Notes under the pieces: generated by a model
Seen by the model: the letters and a program-made list of their open reading frames with translations, nothing else
The model's database searches: none
What the model was told of the DNA's origin: nothing
Origin: Acidobacteriota bacterium
Lineage (GTDB): Bacteria > Acidobacteriota > Terriglobia > Terriglobales > Acidobacteriaceae
Reading direction: 5' to 3'
Length of the DNA: 64,000 bases
NCBI GenBank assembly: GCA_021792795.1
Contig: JAJYUB010000005.1
Location: 28,673-92,672 of the forward strand
Part shown: positions 34,900-44,114 of the stretch, piece after piece
How the letters are laid out: every line of letters begins with the position of its first letter
Position numbering within the stretch: the first letter of the stretch is position 1
Position numbers and translations under genes: made by a program

Positions 34900-37413
34900 A
34901 TGAAAGGAATGAAAACTGTGACGAGCAGTTGGATGGGGCGGGGCGGGACCATTTCCGCTGCCTGCCTGACTTGCGGACTTCTCTCAATTTCATGGCTGAG
35001 TATTCCGGCGATGGCCCATGGCCAATCGGAAGCGCTCCAGGTGCGGACCGATCCTGCCGATGGAAGTTACAGAATCAGCGCCCCTGGCTCGGGTGGGCCG
35101 GTCCTGCACGCGGGCGTCGCGGCTGAGTTGGACGGTCGCTGGTTGCAATCCAAAGAGTATCCCAAGCATTCGGTGGCAAACTCCAAGGTTTCAGATGACC
35201 TGGGCGAGGCAAATCAGTGGACTGTCACCTTTTCCGGCCTGTTGGGCCAGCCTGATCTTGTCTATCGTCTGCGCGCCTACCCCGACAAGGCATTCGCTGA
35301 CGTACAAGTGTTCGTTCGAAATACGACGACCAAGCCGATCAACGTAGAGTCGATTCGCCCCGTGGCTGCGCTGGGAAATTCGGTCCTCGATCTGAATGGT
35401 GCTCCCGCGGAAGATCGAGTGCTTTCCGACAGCTTCAGTGAGGACCGGCCGAACATTACAATTCACGATCTTGGCGACGCCGAAATGTATCGCGGCGTGG
35501 GCAGCCAGTTGATCTACAACCGGCAGAGCCATGAAAGTTTTTTTGCCGGGGCGCTGACCTCCGATCGTTTTCTGACCATTCTTCGCCTTCATCTGGACGG
35601 GAAAAGCGGCCGAAAGCAGATCGCGACCTACGAGGTGGATTCCACCGGAACAACGGAGATGGAAACCGATGAGTGGGGGTCGCTGCACGATGCCAAGCCG
35701 GAAGATGAAATAAAGTTGCAGACCCCACTGGCGCCGGGCGCTGAATTGGCCTCAGAAAGGTTGCTGTTGAGCGTGGATACGGACTATCACCGGCAACTGG
35801 AAACCTATGGGACCTTGATCCGCCAACTTCACCACGCGCGCGTGGAAGCGCCAACGCCAATGGGGTGGTGGAGCTGGACGGCCTATTATTTTGGCCTGAA
35901 CTCGGGGACCGCGCTCACCAATGCGGAATGGGAAGCGCAGCACCTGAAGTCGCTGGGATATGATTTCTTCCACATCGACGAGGGCTACCAATACGCGCGC
36001 GGAGAATACAGCACGCCGAATGCGACCCTGTTCCCCAACGGACTGGCGCGTATGGAACAAAAGGCCACAAACCTGGGGCTTGTTCCGGGAATTTGGACCG
36101 CTCCGTTCGAGGTTTCTGAGCGTTCGTGGGTCTATCGGAACCATCCCGATTGGCTGGTCCACAATGCAAAGGGCGGACCCATCCATATCGGATGGGTGAC
36201 GGACCATAACGACCGCCTCTACGTGTTGGACAGCACCAATCCCGGCGCGCAGCAGTATTTGCGCAAGACCTACCAGACCCTCGTCCATCGATGGGGCATT
36301 CGCTACATCAAGATGGACTTTATGGACGACACCGCCATTGAGGGCGATTACTATCGGCCCCACACCTCCGCCCTGCAGGCACAGCGGATGGGTCTAGGCG
36401 TCATTCGCCAGGCGGTTGGCGAAGGGGTTTTGCTGGACAAAGATGGCAGCGTGATGCTCAACCCGGTCGGCTACGTGGATTTCGGCCGAATCTCCCAGGA
36501 TACCGGCCACACGTTCGAAGCCAGCAGCGAAGCTGCCTCCGGCATGGCCGCCCGATATTTTATGAACCGCAATTACTTTGTCGCCGACCCCGACGCATTT
36601 AGCGTCTCCAGGCAAACCGTCGACGATCAGTCGTGGCACAACTCAACACACCCGCTGTCGCTGGGCGAAGCTGAGGTTTCCATTGCTCTTGCCGCGGTGT
36701 CGGGAGGCATGTATGAGATTGGCGACGACTTGCCGACCCTAGGGTCGGAACCGCATCGCCTCGAACTGGTACAAAATCGGGACTTGATCGATATGGTTCG
36801 GCTTGGTCGTTCCTCCACTCCTTTAGACCTGATGTCGTATCTGCCCGAAGATCGCCAGCCAAGTATCTTCTTCCTTAAAGAGAGCTCCAGACAAAGTATA
36901 TTGACGATTTTCAACTGGACGGATAAGCCGCGAACTCACGCCGTCACGCTGGCCAGCCTCGGCCTGGACGCGACCGGGTCGTATACGGTCGCTGGAGAGT
37001 TCGATACGCAGCAGGGTTCAGTCTCGGTCTCCGAGCCGCTCGTCGTGACGCAGCCGCCTCATTCCGTTCGAGTGCTAAAGCTGATCGACACGTCTGTCCC
37101 CGCGCTAGCTCCGGTTGTGCGTGCAAGCCACCCGGCCTCGGGAAAAGCCGGCGAAACGCTCTCCTTTTCCGCCATACCGGCCAATCCCAGCGAGCCGGTC
37201 GTTTCCTATCAGTGGGACTTCGGCGATGGAGTGTCTCTCAAAGGCGCGCATGTGACCCACGCATACACGCATGAGGGCAGCTATTCCGTGAAGCTCACCG
37301 CACTTGGCGTGGACGGCCTTGCAGGGGTAGACAGCTTTCAATTCCCGGTGACTGGCGCGATCTCTACCAAGTTCGCGCCCAAAGAAAACCGGAGGTACCC
37401 ATCAGTTCCTTAA
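34900..37413 (+). CDS. Secreted alpha-galactosidase-like glycoside hydrolase (GH36/GH27 clan D) with C-terminal PKD domain
   Basis: Signal peptide MKGMKTV...SIPAMAHG. Catalytic region PMGWWSWTAYYF...FFHIDEGYQ...GIWTAPFEV...YIKMDFM. C-terminal YQWDFGDGVSLKGAHVTHAYTHEGSYSVKLTA is a PKD domain. Confidence 0.75.
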   Translation: MKGMKTVTSSWMGRGGTISAACLTCGLLSISWLSIPAMAHGQSEALQVRTDPADGSYRISAPGSGGPVLHAGVAAELDGRWLQSKEYPKHSVANSKVSDDLGEANQWTVTFSGLLGQPDLVYRLRAYPDKAFADVQVFVRNTTTKPINVESIRPVAALGNSVLDLNGAPAEDRVLSDSFSEDRPNITIHDLGDAEMYRGVGSQLIYNRQSHESFFAGALTSDRFLTILRLHLDGKSGRKQIATYEVDSTGTTEMETDEWGSLHDAKPEDEIKLQTPLAPGAELASERLLLSVDTDYHRQLETYGTLIRQLHHARVEAPTPMGWWSWTAYYFGLNSGTALTNAEWEAQHLKSLGYDFFHIDEGYQYARGEYSTPNATLFPNGLARMEQKATNLGLVPGIWTAPFEVSERSWVYRNHPDWLVHNAKGGPIHIGWVTDHNDRLYVLDSTNPGAQQYLRKTYQTLVHRWGIRYIKMDFMDDTAIEGDYYRPHTSALQAQRMGLGVIRQAVGEGVLLDKDGSVMLNPVGYVDFGRISQDTGHTFEASSEAASGMAARYFMNRNYFVADPDAFSVSRQTVDDQSWHNSTHPLSLGEAEVSIALAAVSGGMYEIGDDLPTLGSEPHRLELVQNRDLIDMVRLGRSSTPLDLMSYLPEDRQPSIFFLKESSRQSILTIFNWTDKPRTHAVTLASLGLDATGSYTVAGEFDTQQGSVSVSEPLVVTQPPHSVRVLKLIDTSVPALAPVVRASHPASGKAGETLSFSAIPANPSEPVVSYQWDFGDGVSLKGAHVTHAYTHEGSYSVKLTALGVDGLAGVDSFQFPVTGAISTKFAPKENRRYPSVP

Positions 37414-37520
37414 AAGGAAGATGCAGGTGCCGGTATCTCTGGATCCAACTGCCTGGGGCCTGTGAAAAGACGGTGAGCGTTATGGCAGGCCCACCATTTA
37501 GTATCCATTGAAACAAAAGG

Positions 37521-37537
37521 AAGTCGATTTTCGACTT
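37521..37537. promoter_or_regulatory. Perfect palindrome AAGTCGA-TTT-TCGACTT abutting a TTGACA -35-like hexamer upstream of the TonB-dependent receptor gene
   Basis: Read directly. The TTGACA hexamer is at 37536-37541. Confidence 0.3.
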
Positions 37538-37626
37538 GACAATCCGGGCAATAAAGAACTAAACAGAATTGTACGTAATGACACGATAATTTCGTTTTCT
37601 ATTCTTTATTTGGGAGGGGTATTGCG

Positions 37627-40600
37627 ATGAGGGCAGGTCGGTTCGTCATTCTTCTTGGATTCGTGCTTGGGGTCGGTTGTCTTTCGTCTATCGTCCTGGC
37701 GCAGTCGATTAACCAGACGCAAATCAGCGGTACGATCACCGACCCTTCTGGGGCCGTTGTCCAAGGGGCAAAAGTCACCATCACCGATGTTGGTACGAAT
37801 ATCTCCCAAACGACCACATCTAATGGCCGCGGCAGCTATGCATTCACGGCCTTACGCCCCTCGAACTATAAGTTGCTGGTTGAATCCACTGCGTTCGGTT
37901 CGGTTGAAAAAGATGGCATCACTCTTACCGTCAATCAGCAAACCCTGCTGAACGTCACCCTTAAACCAGCCAGCCAACAAGCAACTGTGACGGTCGAGGC
38001 AATACCCGTGCTGCTGGACTCCGCCGACGCCACGCTTGGGACAGACATACCCAGCAAATATCTGACGCAGGTGCCTCTCGAAAACCGCGATCCTTTCGGC
38101 GTGACTTTTCTGGCTGCCGGCGTAACGGAAACTGCCGGGGTTGGCATTCAGGACTCATATCCCGGTGGGACGGAATTTGTCTCCAATGGCCAGAGAAATG
38201 CGACCGCCAATATATGGCTGGATGGCGTCCTGATTACCGCGCCGGAGCAGGGCGCGGGAGGGGAATCCGGTACCTACTATCAAGCTACCGTGGAAGGTTT
38301 GCAGGAGGTGAAAGTCCAGAACAACAGCTTCACGGCAGAGTATGGCGGCGGGACAAACATCGATGAAATCTTGAAGTCCGGCACCAATCGGTTGCACGGC
38401 AGCGCCTATTGGTTTAACCAGGACGCGGTCTTCGATGCCAGAGATTTCTTCAATAACGGTCCCAGGCCAGGACATGTGCAAAACCAGGACGGGTTCTCTT
38501 TGGGCGGTCCATTTGTCAAAAACAAAACATTTTTCTTTGGCGATTTGGAATCCATCATTGCAAGCAATCCGGTCAACATTGAGGCGACAGTCCCCACTGC
38601 GGCCCAAATCAATGGGGACTTCTCGAAATCGATGACATACGATCAGAATGGGAATCCAGTCCTGAACCAGATTTTCGACCCGTTTCTGATAGACCCTGTC
38701 GCATATTCGCGCCCTGCATACCCTAACAATGTGATTCCAGCAAACGAAATCGACCCGGTAGGACAGGCGATCCTGAAGTTGTATCCAAAGCCAAACCTTC
38801 CCGGCGACCCAGTTTCAGGCGCAAATAATTTTCAGGACGTGATTCTCAGCTCATCGAACACACTTCAAATCGATTTCAAAGTAGACCAGCAATTCACTCC
38901 TAAATCGACGTTGTCCGTGCGATATAGCAGTATTTTCGGCAGCGGCTCCACGCCAACCGTATTTGGCGATGGGGAATTCAACGATGGTACTGCGTTTACC
39001 GAGCACATATTCAACGACGGCATAAATTATTCATATACACCTACCGCAAATACGCTATGGACCACCACTATTGGTTTGGATCGAGTTTCCCAGCCATCCT
39101 TCAGCAATTACCCCAGTCCCACTTCCGTTGGATTTCCGAGTTATCTGGAACAGAATGGCGTTACGCGGATGCCTTCGATCATTATGAATAATTCGCCGTG
39201 GACTTCAATCTACGACCAATGCTGTGTAGACACTAAATTCGCCCATACATTGGTAAACTATACTTCTTCCTTTTCATGGACGAGAGGGCAGCATACCATC
39301 AAGTTTGGCGGACAGCAGCAATTGTTTTACAACAACTTCTTCCAACCCAACTACCCGGATGGATATTTCACTTTTGCGCAGCATATTACATCTCAGATAC
39401 CTTACAACACTGACAATGGAATACAAGGAAACGACTTTGCCGGATTGCTGATTGGGTGGGCCACGAATAGCAGCGGCATCAACGTTGGATCGTCTGTCGC
39501 GGATAAATCCAAGGAAACGGCGTTTTATATACAGGACGACTGGAGAGCGACCAGTAAACTGACTCTCAACCTGGGTCTGCGCTATCAGTGGGACACACCC
39601 TATACGGAACGTCATAACAATACCCAGTTCAGCGATTTGACCGGAGATAGCGGAATTTCCGTTGCCGGTTATCCGGGCACACTGAAAGGCACCACCATCT
39701 TTGCCTCTTCCAAGAAGAGGAACCTTCCGACGGATTACAGCAATATCGATCCGCGTTTCGGTTTTGCGTATATGGAAAATGACAAGCTCGTGATTCGCGG
39801 CGGGGCTGGAATTTACACTGGATATGGGGTTGCTACAAACTGGCAGTACCCTGGGGCAGCTTATACGTCCAGCCCTGAAGCATTCTTTACCTTGAACGGC
39901 GAACTCACACGCAATGCGACGCTTGAAAATCCATTCCCGGGTGGAATACCGCCTGCTCAAGGACAAGAATATGGAAAGCTGGCGCTGTGGGGACTGCCAG
40001 ATACCAATAATATTGGTACGGCGACGGCAAAGAACGCAAAGATTTATCAGTGGAACCTGGGAATTCAGCAAGCGCTTCCGTCCGATATAGTGGTCGGAAT
40101 TAACTATTCTGCGAACCGTAGCACATACCTGCCATGGGCAGGAACGCGCAATCGCAATTTCATCGCTTCCAATATAAGAGTCAATTACACAAGCCAGCAA
40201 TTGAATGGATTGGCCAACAACCCATTTCAAAGCTTGTTCTCCGGCCCAGGCGCGATCTTCAATGTGCCGTCGTCCCGCTATGGAGATGCCCAGATCCCGC
40301 TGCTCAACCTGCTTCGCCCGTATCCGCAGTTCGACGGGAATTTCAATGCTTACAAGATAATCGGCGCATCTTCCTGGTACAACGCGCTCCAGCTTGTCTT
40401 TCAAAAAAGGGCCGGACACGATCTGAGCTTTGAGGGCAACTATACATGGTCAAAAAGCACGGATGACTCCTCGGCGGGAACGAACGCTTTTCTGGGGACT
40501 TTGGCGGATGGTTATCCCCAGGAACTTGACCACTTGAAACGAGAGTGGACTGTGAGCGCGAACGATGCAACGAACCGGCTCGCTGTTGCTGCGATATGGC

Positions 40601-41142
40601 AACTGCCTGTCGGGAGGGGTCACCGGGTAGGCGCAAACATGAATCGCGTGCTGGATGTTATCATCGGCGGCTGGCAACTGAACACCATGACGACATATCA
40701 GACTGGACAGCCGCTAGACATTTTTATGGCTACCAATAGAATCGCGGACGGCACGCAACGCCCGAATGTTGTCTGCCCAAGCAGTAATTCCTTAGAAACA
40801 GGGACCAGCCGGACCGCCTCCGCTCGCTTCGCACTGCCTACCCTAAACGTAAACTGCTTCTCCGATCCAGGCGATCAGCAACCAGGAAATGCTCCACGAT
40901 ATTTTTCCCGCTTGCGATCGGATGGTATCCATGAAACCGATCTCACTTTAGAGAAAATATACGACTTCGGCGGACGCAAGGGGCAGCTTCAATTTCAGGG
41001 AGACTGCTTTAACTGCACCAATACACCCCGCTTTGGATTGCCGGATACAGGCTATGGAGACTCGACATTTGGGGTGATTTCCGCCAGTGCCGGCGGAGCG
41101 TTACCCCGGAACATGCAACTCGGGGTACGGTATCAGTTTTAG
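37627..41142 (+). CDS. TonB-dependent outer-membrane receptor with carboxypeptidase-regulatory-like N-terminal domain
   Basis: 1171 aa. Signal peptide, then ISGTITDPSGAVVQGAKVTITDVGTNISQTTTSNGRGSYAFTALRPSNYKL (CarboxypepD_reg-like), a plug region, a long beta-barrel rich in N/Y/T/G, and a C-terminal ...LGVRYQF aromatic terminus. RBS is GGGAGGGG. Confidence 0.85.
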   Translation: MRAGRFVILLGFVLGVGCLSSIVLAQSINQTQISGTITDPSGAVVQGAKVTITDVGTNISQTTTSNGRGSYAFTALRPSNYKLLVESTAFGSVEKDGITLTVNQQTLLNVTLKPASQQATVTVEAIPVLLDSADATLGTDIPSKYLTQVPLENRDPFGVTFLAAGVTETAGVGIQDSYPGGTEFVSNGQRNATANIWLDGVLITAPEQGAGGESGTYYQATVEGLQEVKVQNNSFTAEYGGGTNIDEILKSGTNRLHGSAYWFNQDAVFDARDFFNNGPRPGHVQNQDGFSLGGPFVKNKTFFFGDLESIIASNPVNIEATVPTAAQINGDFSKSMTYDQNGNPVLNQIFDPFLIDPVAYSRPAYPNNVIPANEIDPVGQAILKLYPKPNLPGDPVSGANNFQDVILSSSNTLQIDFKVDQQFTPKSTLSVRYSSIFGSGSTPTVFGDGEFNDGTAFTEHIFNDGINYSYTPTANTLWTTTIGLDRVSQPSFSNYPSPTSVGFPSYLEQNGVTRMPSIIMNNSPWTSIYDQCCVDTKFAHTLVNYTSSFSWTRGQHTIKFGGQQQLFYNNFFQPNYPDGYFTFAQHITSQIPYNTDNGIQGNDFAGLLIGWATNSSGINVGSSVADKSKETAFYIQDDWRATSKLTLNLGLRYQWDTPYTERHNNTQFSDLTGDSGISVAGYPGTLKGTTIFASSKKRNLPTDYSNIDPRFGFAYMENDKLVIRGGAGIYTGYGVATNWQYPGAAYTSSPEAFFTLNGELTRNATLENPFPGGIPPAQGQEYGKLALWGLPDTNNIGTATAKNAKIYQWNLGIQQALPSDIVVGINYSANRSTYLPWAGTRNRNFIASNIRVNYTSQQLNGLANNPFQSLFSGPGAIFNVPSSRYGDAQIPLLNLLRPYPQFDGNFNAYKIIGASSWYNALQLVFQKRAGHDLSFEGNYTWSKSTDDSSAGTNAFLGTLADGYPQELDHLKREWTVSANDATNRLAVAAIWQLPVGRGHRVGANMNRVLDVIIGGWQLNTMTTYQTGQPLDIFMATNRIADGTQRPNVVCPSSNSLETGTSRTASARFALPTLNVNCFSDPGDQQPGNAPRYFSRLRSDGIHETDLTLEKIYDFGGRKGQLQFQGDCFNCTNTPRFGLPDTGYGDSTFGVISASAGGALPRNMQLGVRYQF

Positions 41143-41203
41143 CGGACCTGGTGCGCACCTCGGGAAACCTTCGACCCAGCCGGTGCCCCTCCGAACTTCA
41201 CCT

Positions 41204-41235
41204 GGATGGCCCACTTCTAAAAAAGTGCGCCATCC
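41204..41235 (+). terminator. Stem-loop (11-bp stem with 1 mismatch, A-rich 10-nt loop) between the receptor gene and the downstream gene; possible attenuator or processing site
   Basis: GGATGGCCCAC-TTCTAAAAAA-GTGCGCCATCC, read directly. There is no 3' U tract. Confidence 0.2.
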
Positions 41236-41251
41236 GGATTGGAGCTAGTTC

Positions 41252-43189
41252 ATGCCGAAACAGCCCCGTTTTGGGTCGATAGTAACTGTAGCGTTTGTAG
41301 CTACAATTCTGTTGCCTGCGCCTCCCATCCTAGCGCAGTTCCCCGCGAAAAACCCGCGCGCATGGATGAACGACGTTCGCATCGGCGCGTATGGACTTAC
41401 CGGTTCGAACGCCGCGCAAATCGTTCGGCAGGCAACGAACAGCGGAGTCTACGGCATCGAAGTCGATAACGACATCCCTGGCCGGTATGAGAGCTTCGTC
41501 GATCCTACCGCCAAACTTCAGGCCATTCGTCAGGTTGCAGCGCTCGCTCACGAACATGGCAACCACGCTTTTGTCTACATCGCTGGACTGGAGTGCATTA
41601 CAGCCAACGCGGCGGACTCTCCCCACTCCATGGCCAAGGACCATCCCGGCTGGCTGCAGCGCAAGCGTTCGGGCGAGCCGGCAATGTTCACCGCGAAAGC
41701 GGCGTTCTGGATTCGAAAAGGCGACGAAGACGTCTGGGTCACGCCCTATGCGCCGGAATGGCGCAAGATTTACATGCAGCGTGTCCGCCAGATCGCAGCC
41801 ACCGGCATCGACGGCATCTACGTTGACATTCCTTACTGGATGACGCATTTCACGGGATGGGAAAATAGCTGGGCCAGTTTTGACGACTATACGGTCAACG
41901 CATTCCATGACCGCACCGGCTTGAATGCCCGGACGGACATCAAGCTCGGCGACTTCAATGATCCAGGCTTTCGTAAATGGATCGATTTCCGCATCCAGAC
42001 AATCACGGATTTCCTGGCTGAGATCCGCAGGAACGCGACCTCGGTGAACCCGAACATTGCAGTCATTCCAGAGATTTATCCCGGCATCGAAGAGTCTGCG
42101 GTCCGCGTCGGCGCAGATGTGTATCGGCTCTATCCAGTTGTCGACGCGGTCTCGCACGAATATGAATTCGGCGATGGAGAGGACCATACCGCCGCCAGCC
42201 GCGGCCAATACGACTGGTTCATGTACCAGATCGGGATGCAATCGTTTCGCGCGTTCGCGGAAAACAAACCCACCTGGATGCTGAATTATTCCTGGGACGG
42301 CAACCCGCAAGTCACTCCCAGCGATGCGATGAAGAACCTGGCCATGTCGGAGTTGATGGCAGGAGCAAACTTCTGGGACGCCCCAGGCCACACCATGGCT
42401 GGCTCAAACGACATGGCCACGCGAACCCAAATATTCCATTGGATCGCGACGAATCAGTCGACTTTCAGTTCGCCTAGAATCCCGGTCGGCAAGGTTGGCG
42501 TATATTTTTCCGACAGGACGCGCAATTACTTCCCCGATGAGTTTCTTCGTTCATATCAGGGGGCCCTCCTGCTGCTATTGCGCAGCCACATCCAATTTCA
42601 AATCGTCACTCCAAGAACATTGGCATCCTTCCACGGCAGCACTCTGGTTTTGCCTGATGTGCGCGTTCTCAGTTCAGAAGAGCTAGCCCAGTTACAGAAT
42701 ATTTCTAGCAGTTGCAAAATCATCTCTACTGGAAAGGTCGATGACCGTTTAAATACACTTCACAATCTAGTTCATCTGCAAGACGATCCAGGCAGCACAT
42801 ATCTGGCGCTGGCGCAAAAGGATTTCGACGGCGCTCCTCTGGACACCCAATCGCGGTTCTTGCAGTCCATCAATAACGCCGCTGATTTTTCCGTCCAGGC
42901 ATCCCCCGATATCGCCGTCTACGTTGCGACGGTACAACATCGGACACATTGGTACTTTGCAAACTTCAAAGGGTTGCAGAAAGGCGCCGCCACCGTGCCC
43001 GTGCCTGAGCGGAACATCGTTCTCGAGGCCCCCCTGCGCGGCGGAACAAACCTACATCTTCTGCCGTTTCTTGGCACAGCGATCACTTTGCACGGGACGG
43101 TTTCGGACGATCGCGTGAAATTCAATATTCCGCGAATAGATCGCGGGGCCGTCGCCTGGACCGACCATGATGGCTCGACGCCGCAGTGA
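41252..43189 (+). CDS. Secreted hypothetical protein, putative TIM-barrel glycoside hydrolase-like (family not recognised)
   Basis: 645 aa with a signal peptide (FVATILLPAPPILAQ). Segments such as GIYGIEVDND, FVYIAGLEC, GIDGIYVDIPYW and AVIPEIYPG suggest alternating beta-strand/acidic-residue patterns of a (beta/alpha)8 hydrolase. This is inference only. Confidence 0.5.
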   Translation: MPKQPRFGSIVTVAFVATILLPAPPILAQFPAKNPRAWMNDVRIGAYGLTGSNAAQIVRQATNSGVYGIEVDNDIPGRYESFVDPTAKLQAIRQVAALAHEHGNHAFVYIAGLECITANAADSPHSMAKDHPGWLQRKRSGEPAMFTAKAAFWIRKGDEDVWVTPYAPEWRKIYMQRVRQIAATGIDGIYVDIPYWMTHFTGWENSWASFDDYTVNAFHDRTGLNARTDIKLGDFNDPGFRKWIDFRIQTITDFLAEIRRNATSVNPNIAVIPEIYPGIEESAVRVGADVYRLYPVVDAVSHEYEFGDGEDHTAASRGQYDWFMYQIGMQSFRAFAENKPTWMLNYSWDGNPQVTPSDAMKNLAMSELMAGANFWDAPGHTMAGSNDMATRTQIFHWIATNQSTFSSPRIPVGKVGVYFSDRTRNYFPDEFLRSYQGALLLLLRSHIQFQIVTPRTLASFHGSTLVLPDVRVLSSEELAQLQNISSSCKIISTGKVDDRLNTLHNLVHLQDDPGSTYLALAQKDFDGAPLDTQSRFLQSINNAADFSVQASPDIAVYVATVQHRTHWYFANFKGLQKGAATVPVPERNIVLEAPLRGGTNLHLLPFLGTAITLHGTVSDDRVKFNIPRIDRGAVAWTDHDGSTPQ

Positions 43190-43230
43190 CCGCCGCAGTG
43201 TAACAATTGGGTCCGACGCCAAAATCTTAC

Positions 43231-43306
43231 TGGTGGGCCCGGAGGGATTTGAACCCCCAACCAAAGGATTATGAGTCCTCTGCTCTAACCGTTGAGCTAC
43301 AGGCCC
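43231..43306 (-). tRNA. tRNA with anticodon CAT (elongator Met or Ile2/lysidine type; not initiator), CCA encoded
   Basis: The reverse complement folds as GGGCCUG-UA-GCUC-AACGGUUA-GAGC-A-GAGGA-CUCAUAA-UCCUU-UGGUU-GGGGG-UUCAAAU-CCCUC-CGGGCCC-A-CCA. This gives a 7-bp acceptor stem (one G-U), a 4-bp D stem, 5-bp anticodon and T stems, and a TTCAAAT T-loop. Confidence 0.9.
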
Positions 43307-43339
43307 CTTATATAAGGTAAGCGATTGGAAGAGAAAGGC

Positions 43340-43890
43340 TTAGTTGGGTCTTGTCTCTTCAGCATCAGAGGGCACTTCAGGGCTGGCGCCGGTTCTGGTG
43401 CCGGTTGCTTCTCTAGTCTCGCATGGCCGTTCCACAGCCGCCAGTTCATGCGATTGAGAAAGGTGAGTATACCCCACCGCCATCTGCAGGGTCTTGTGTC
43501 CCAGGAGTTATTGTAACGTTCTCGGGTCCACTCCCGCCATGATGCACCGGCTGGCAAATGTATGGGTCGTGGTAGGGACAGCTCTTTCGATCTGCCCCCA
43601 CACGGATCCGTACGCGCGGCTTTCCCGCATACGGTTCTTACTTTGGGTGTTTGGCGTAGAAGCGTTCGTTGGGACATGGATGCAGGATTCGGGGAATAGG
43701 AATCCAACGGTCGGACAGAGGGCCGAACCGCTCCCAGTTCAACCGGGAGCAATTTCCAGCATTTTATGCGCGCAGCAAAAAGGGCTGACGTCCACTCGAT
43801 GCAAACGATCGCATGTGGCAGTTGAACGCGATGCCCGATCAGGATGCGACGCACGGACATGGCGCCTTGGCGGATGCGGCACACAGCATC
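43340..43890 (-). pseudogene. Tyrosine recombinase (phage-type integrase) remnant with in-frame stop and frameshifts
   Basis: Own minus-strand translation: ...THTFASRCIMAGVDPRTLQ*LLGHKTLQMAVGYTHLSQSHELAAVERP... This matches the integrase C-terminal consensus HDLRHTFAS.L..AGVD.RT.QELLGH....MT.RY.HL with the catalytic Tyr region. TAA replaces the expected Glu codon at complement 43508-43510, and another stop and frame changes lie further upstream. The upstream extent is approximate. Confidence 0.6.
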
Positions 43891-44114
43891 CGGCCAAACT
43901 GTCGATCGCCGTTTCTGAAAACGACCATTTGGTCAACCCGGCTCCTGGCCTTACGTGGGCCACAGCGGCCCATGCTTAAAACTTTCCTGCCCATAGGGAC
44001 TGTGGCCATCGCATCTTTGCATGTGGCGGAGGACTGACCCGGCAAGTGCAGAGATTTCTAGCTCAACCTTGAAAATCAAGGGTACGCCTGTATGGAAAAG
44101 TTCATTGGCCTGCT

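Noticed and set aside
37627-41142. Visibly lower GC content of the first receptor gene as evidence of recent horizontal transfer
   Set aside because: The bias is explained by the Asn/Tyr/Thr/Phe/Ile-rich composition of beta-barrel proteins. The flanking genes of the same locus have normal composition.
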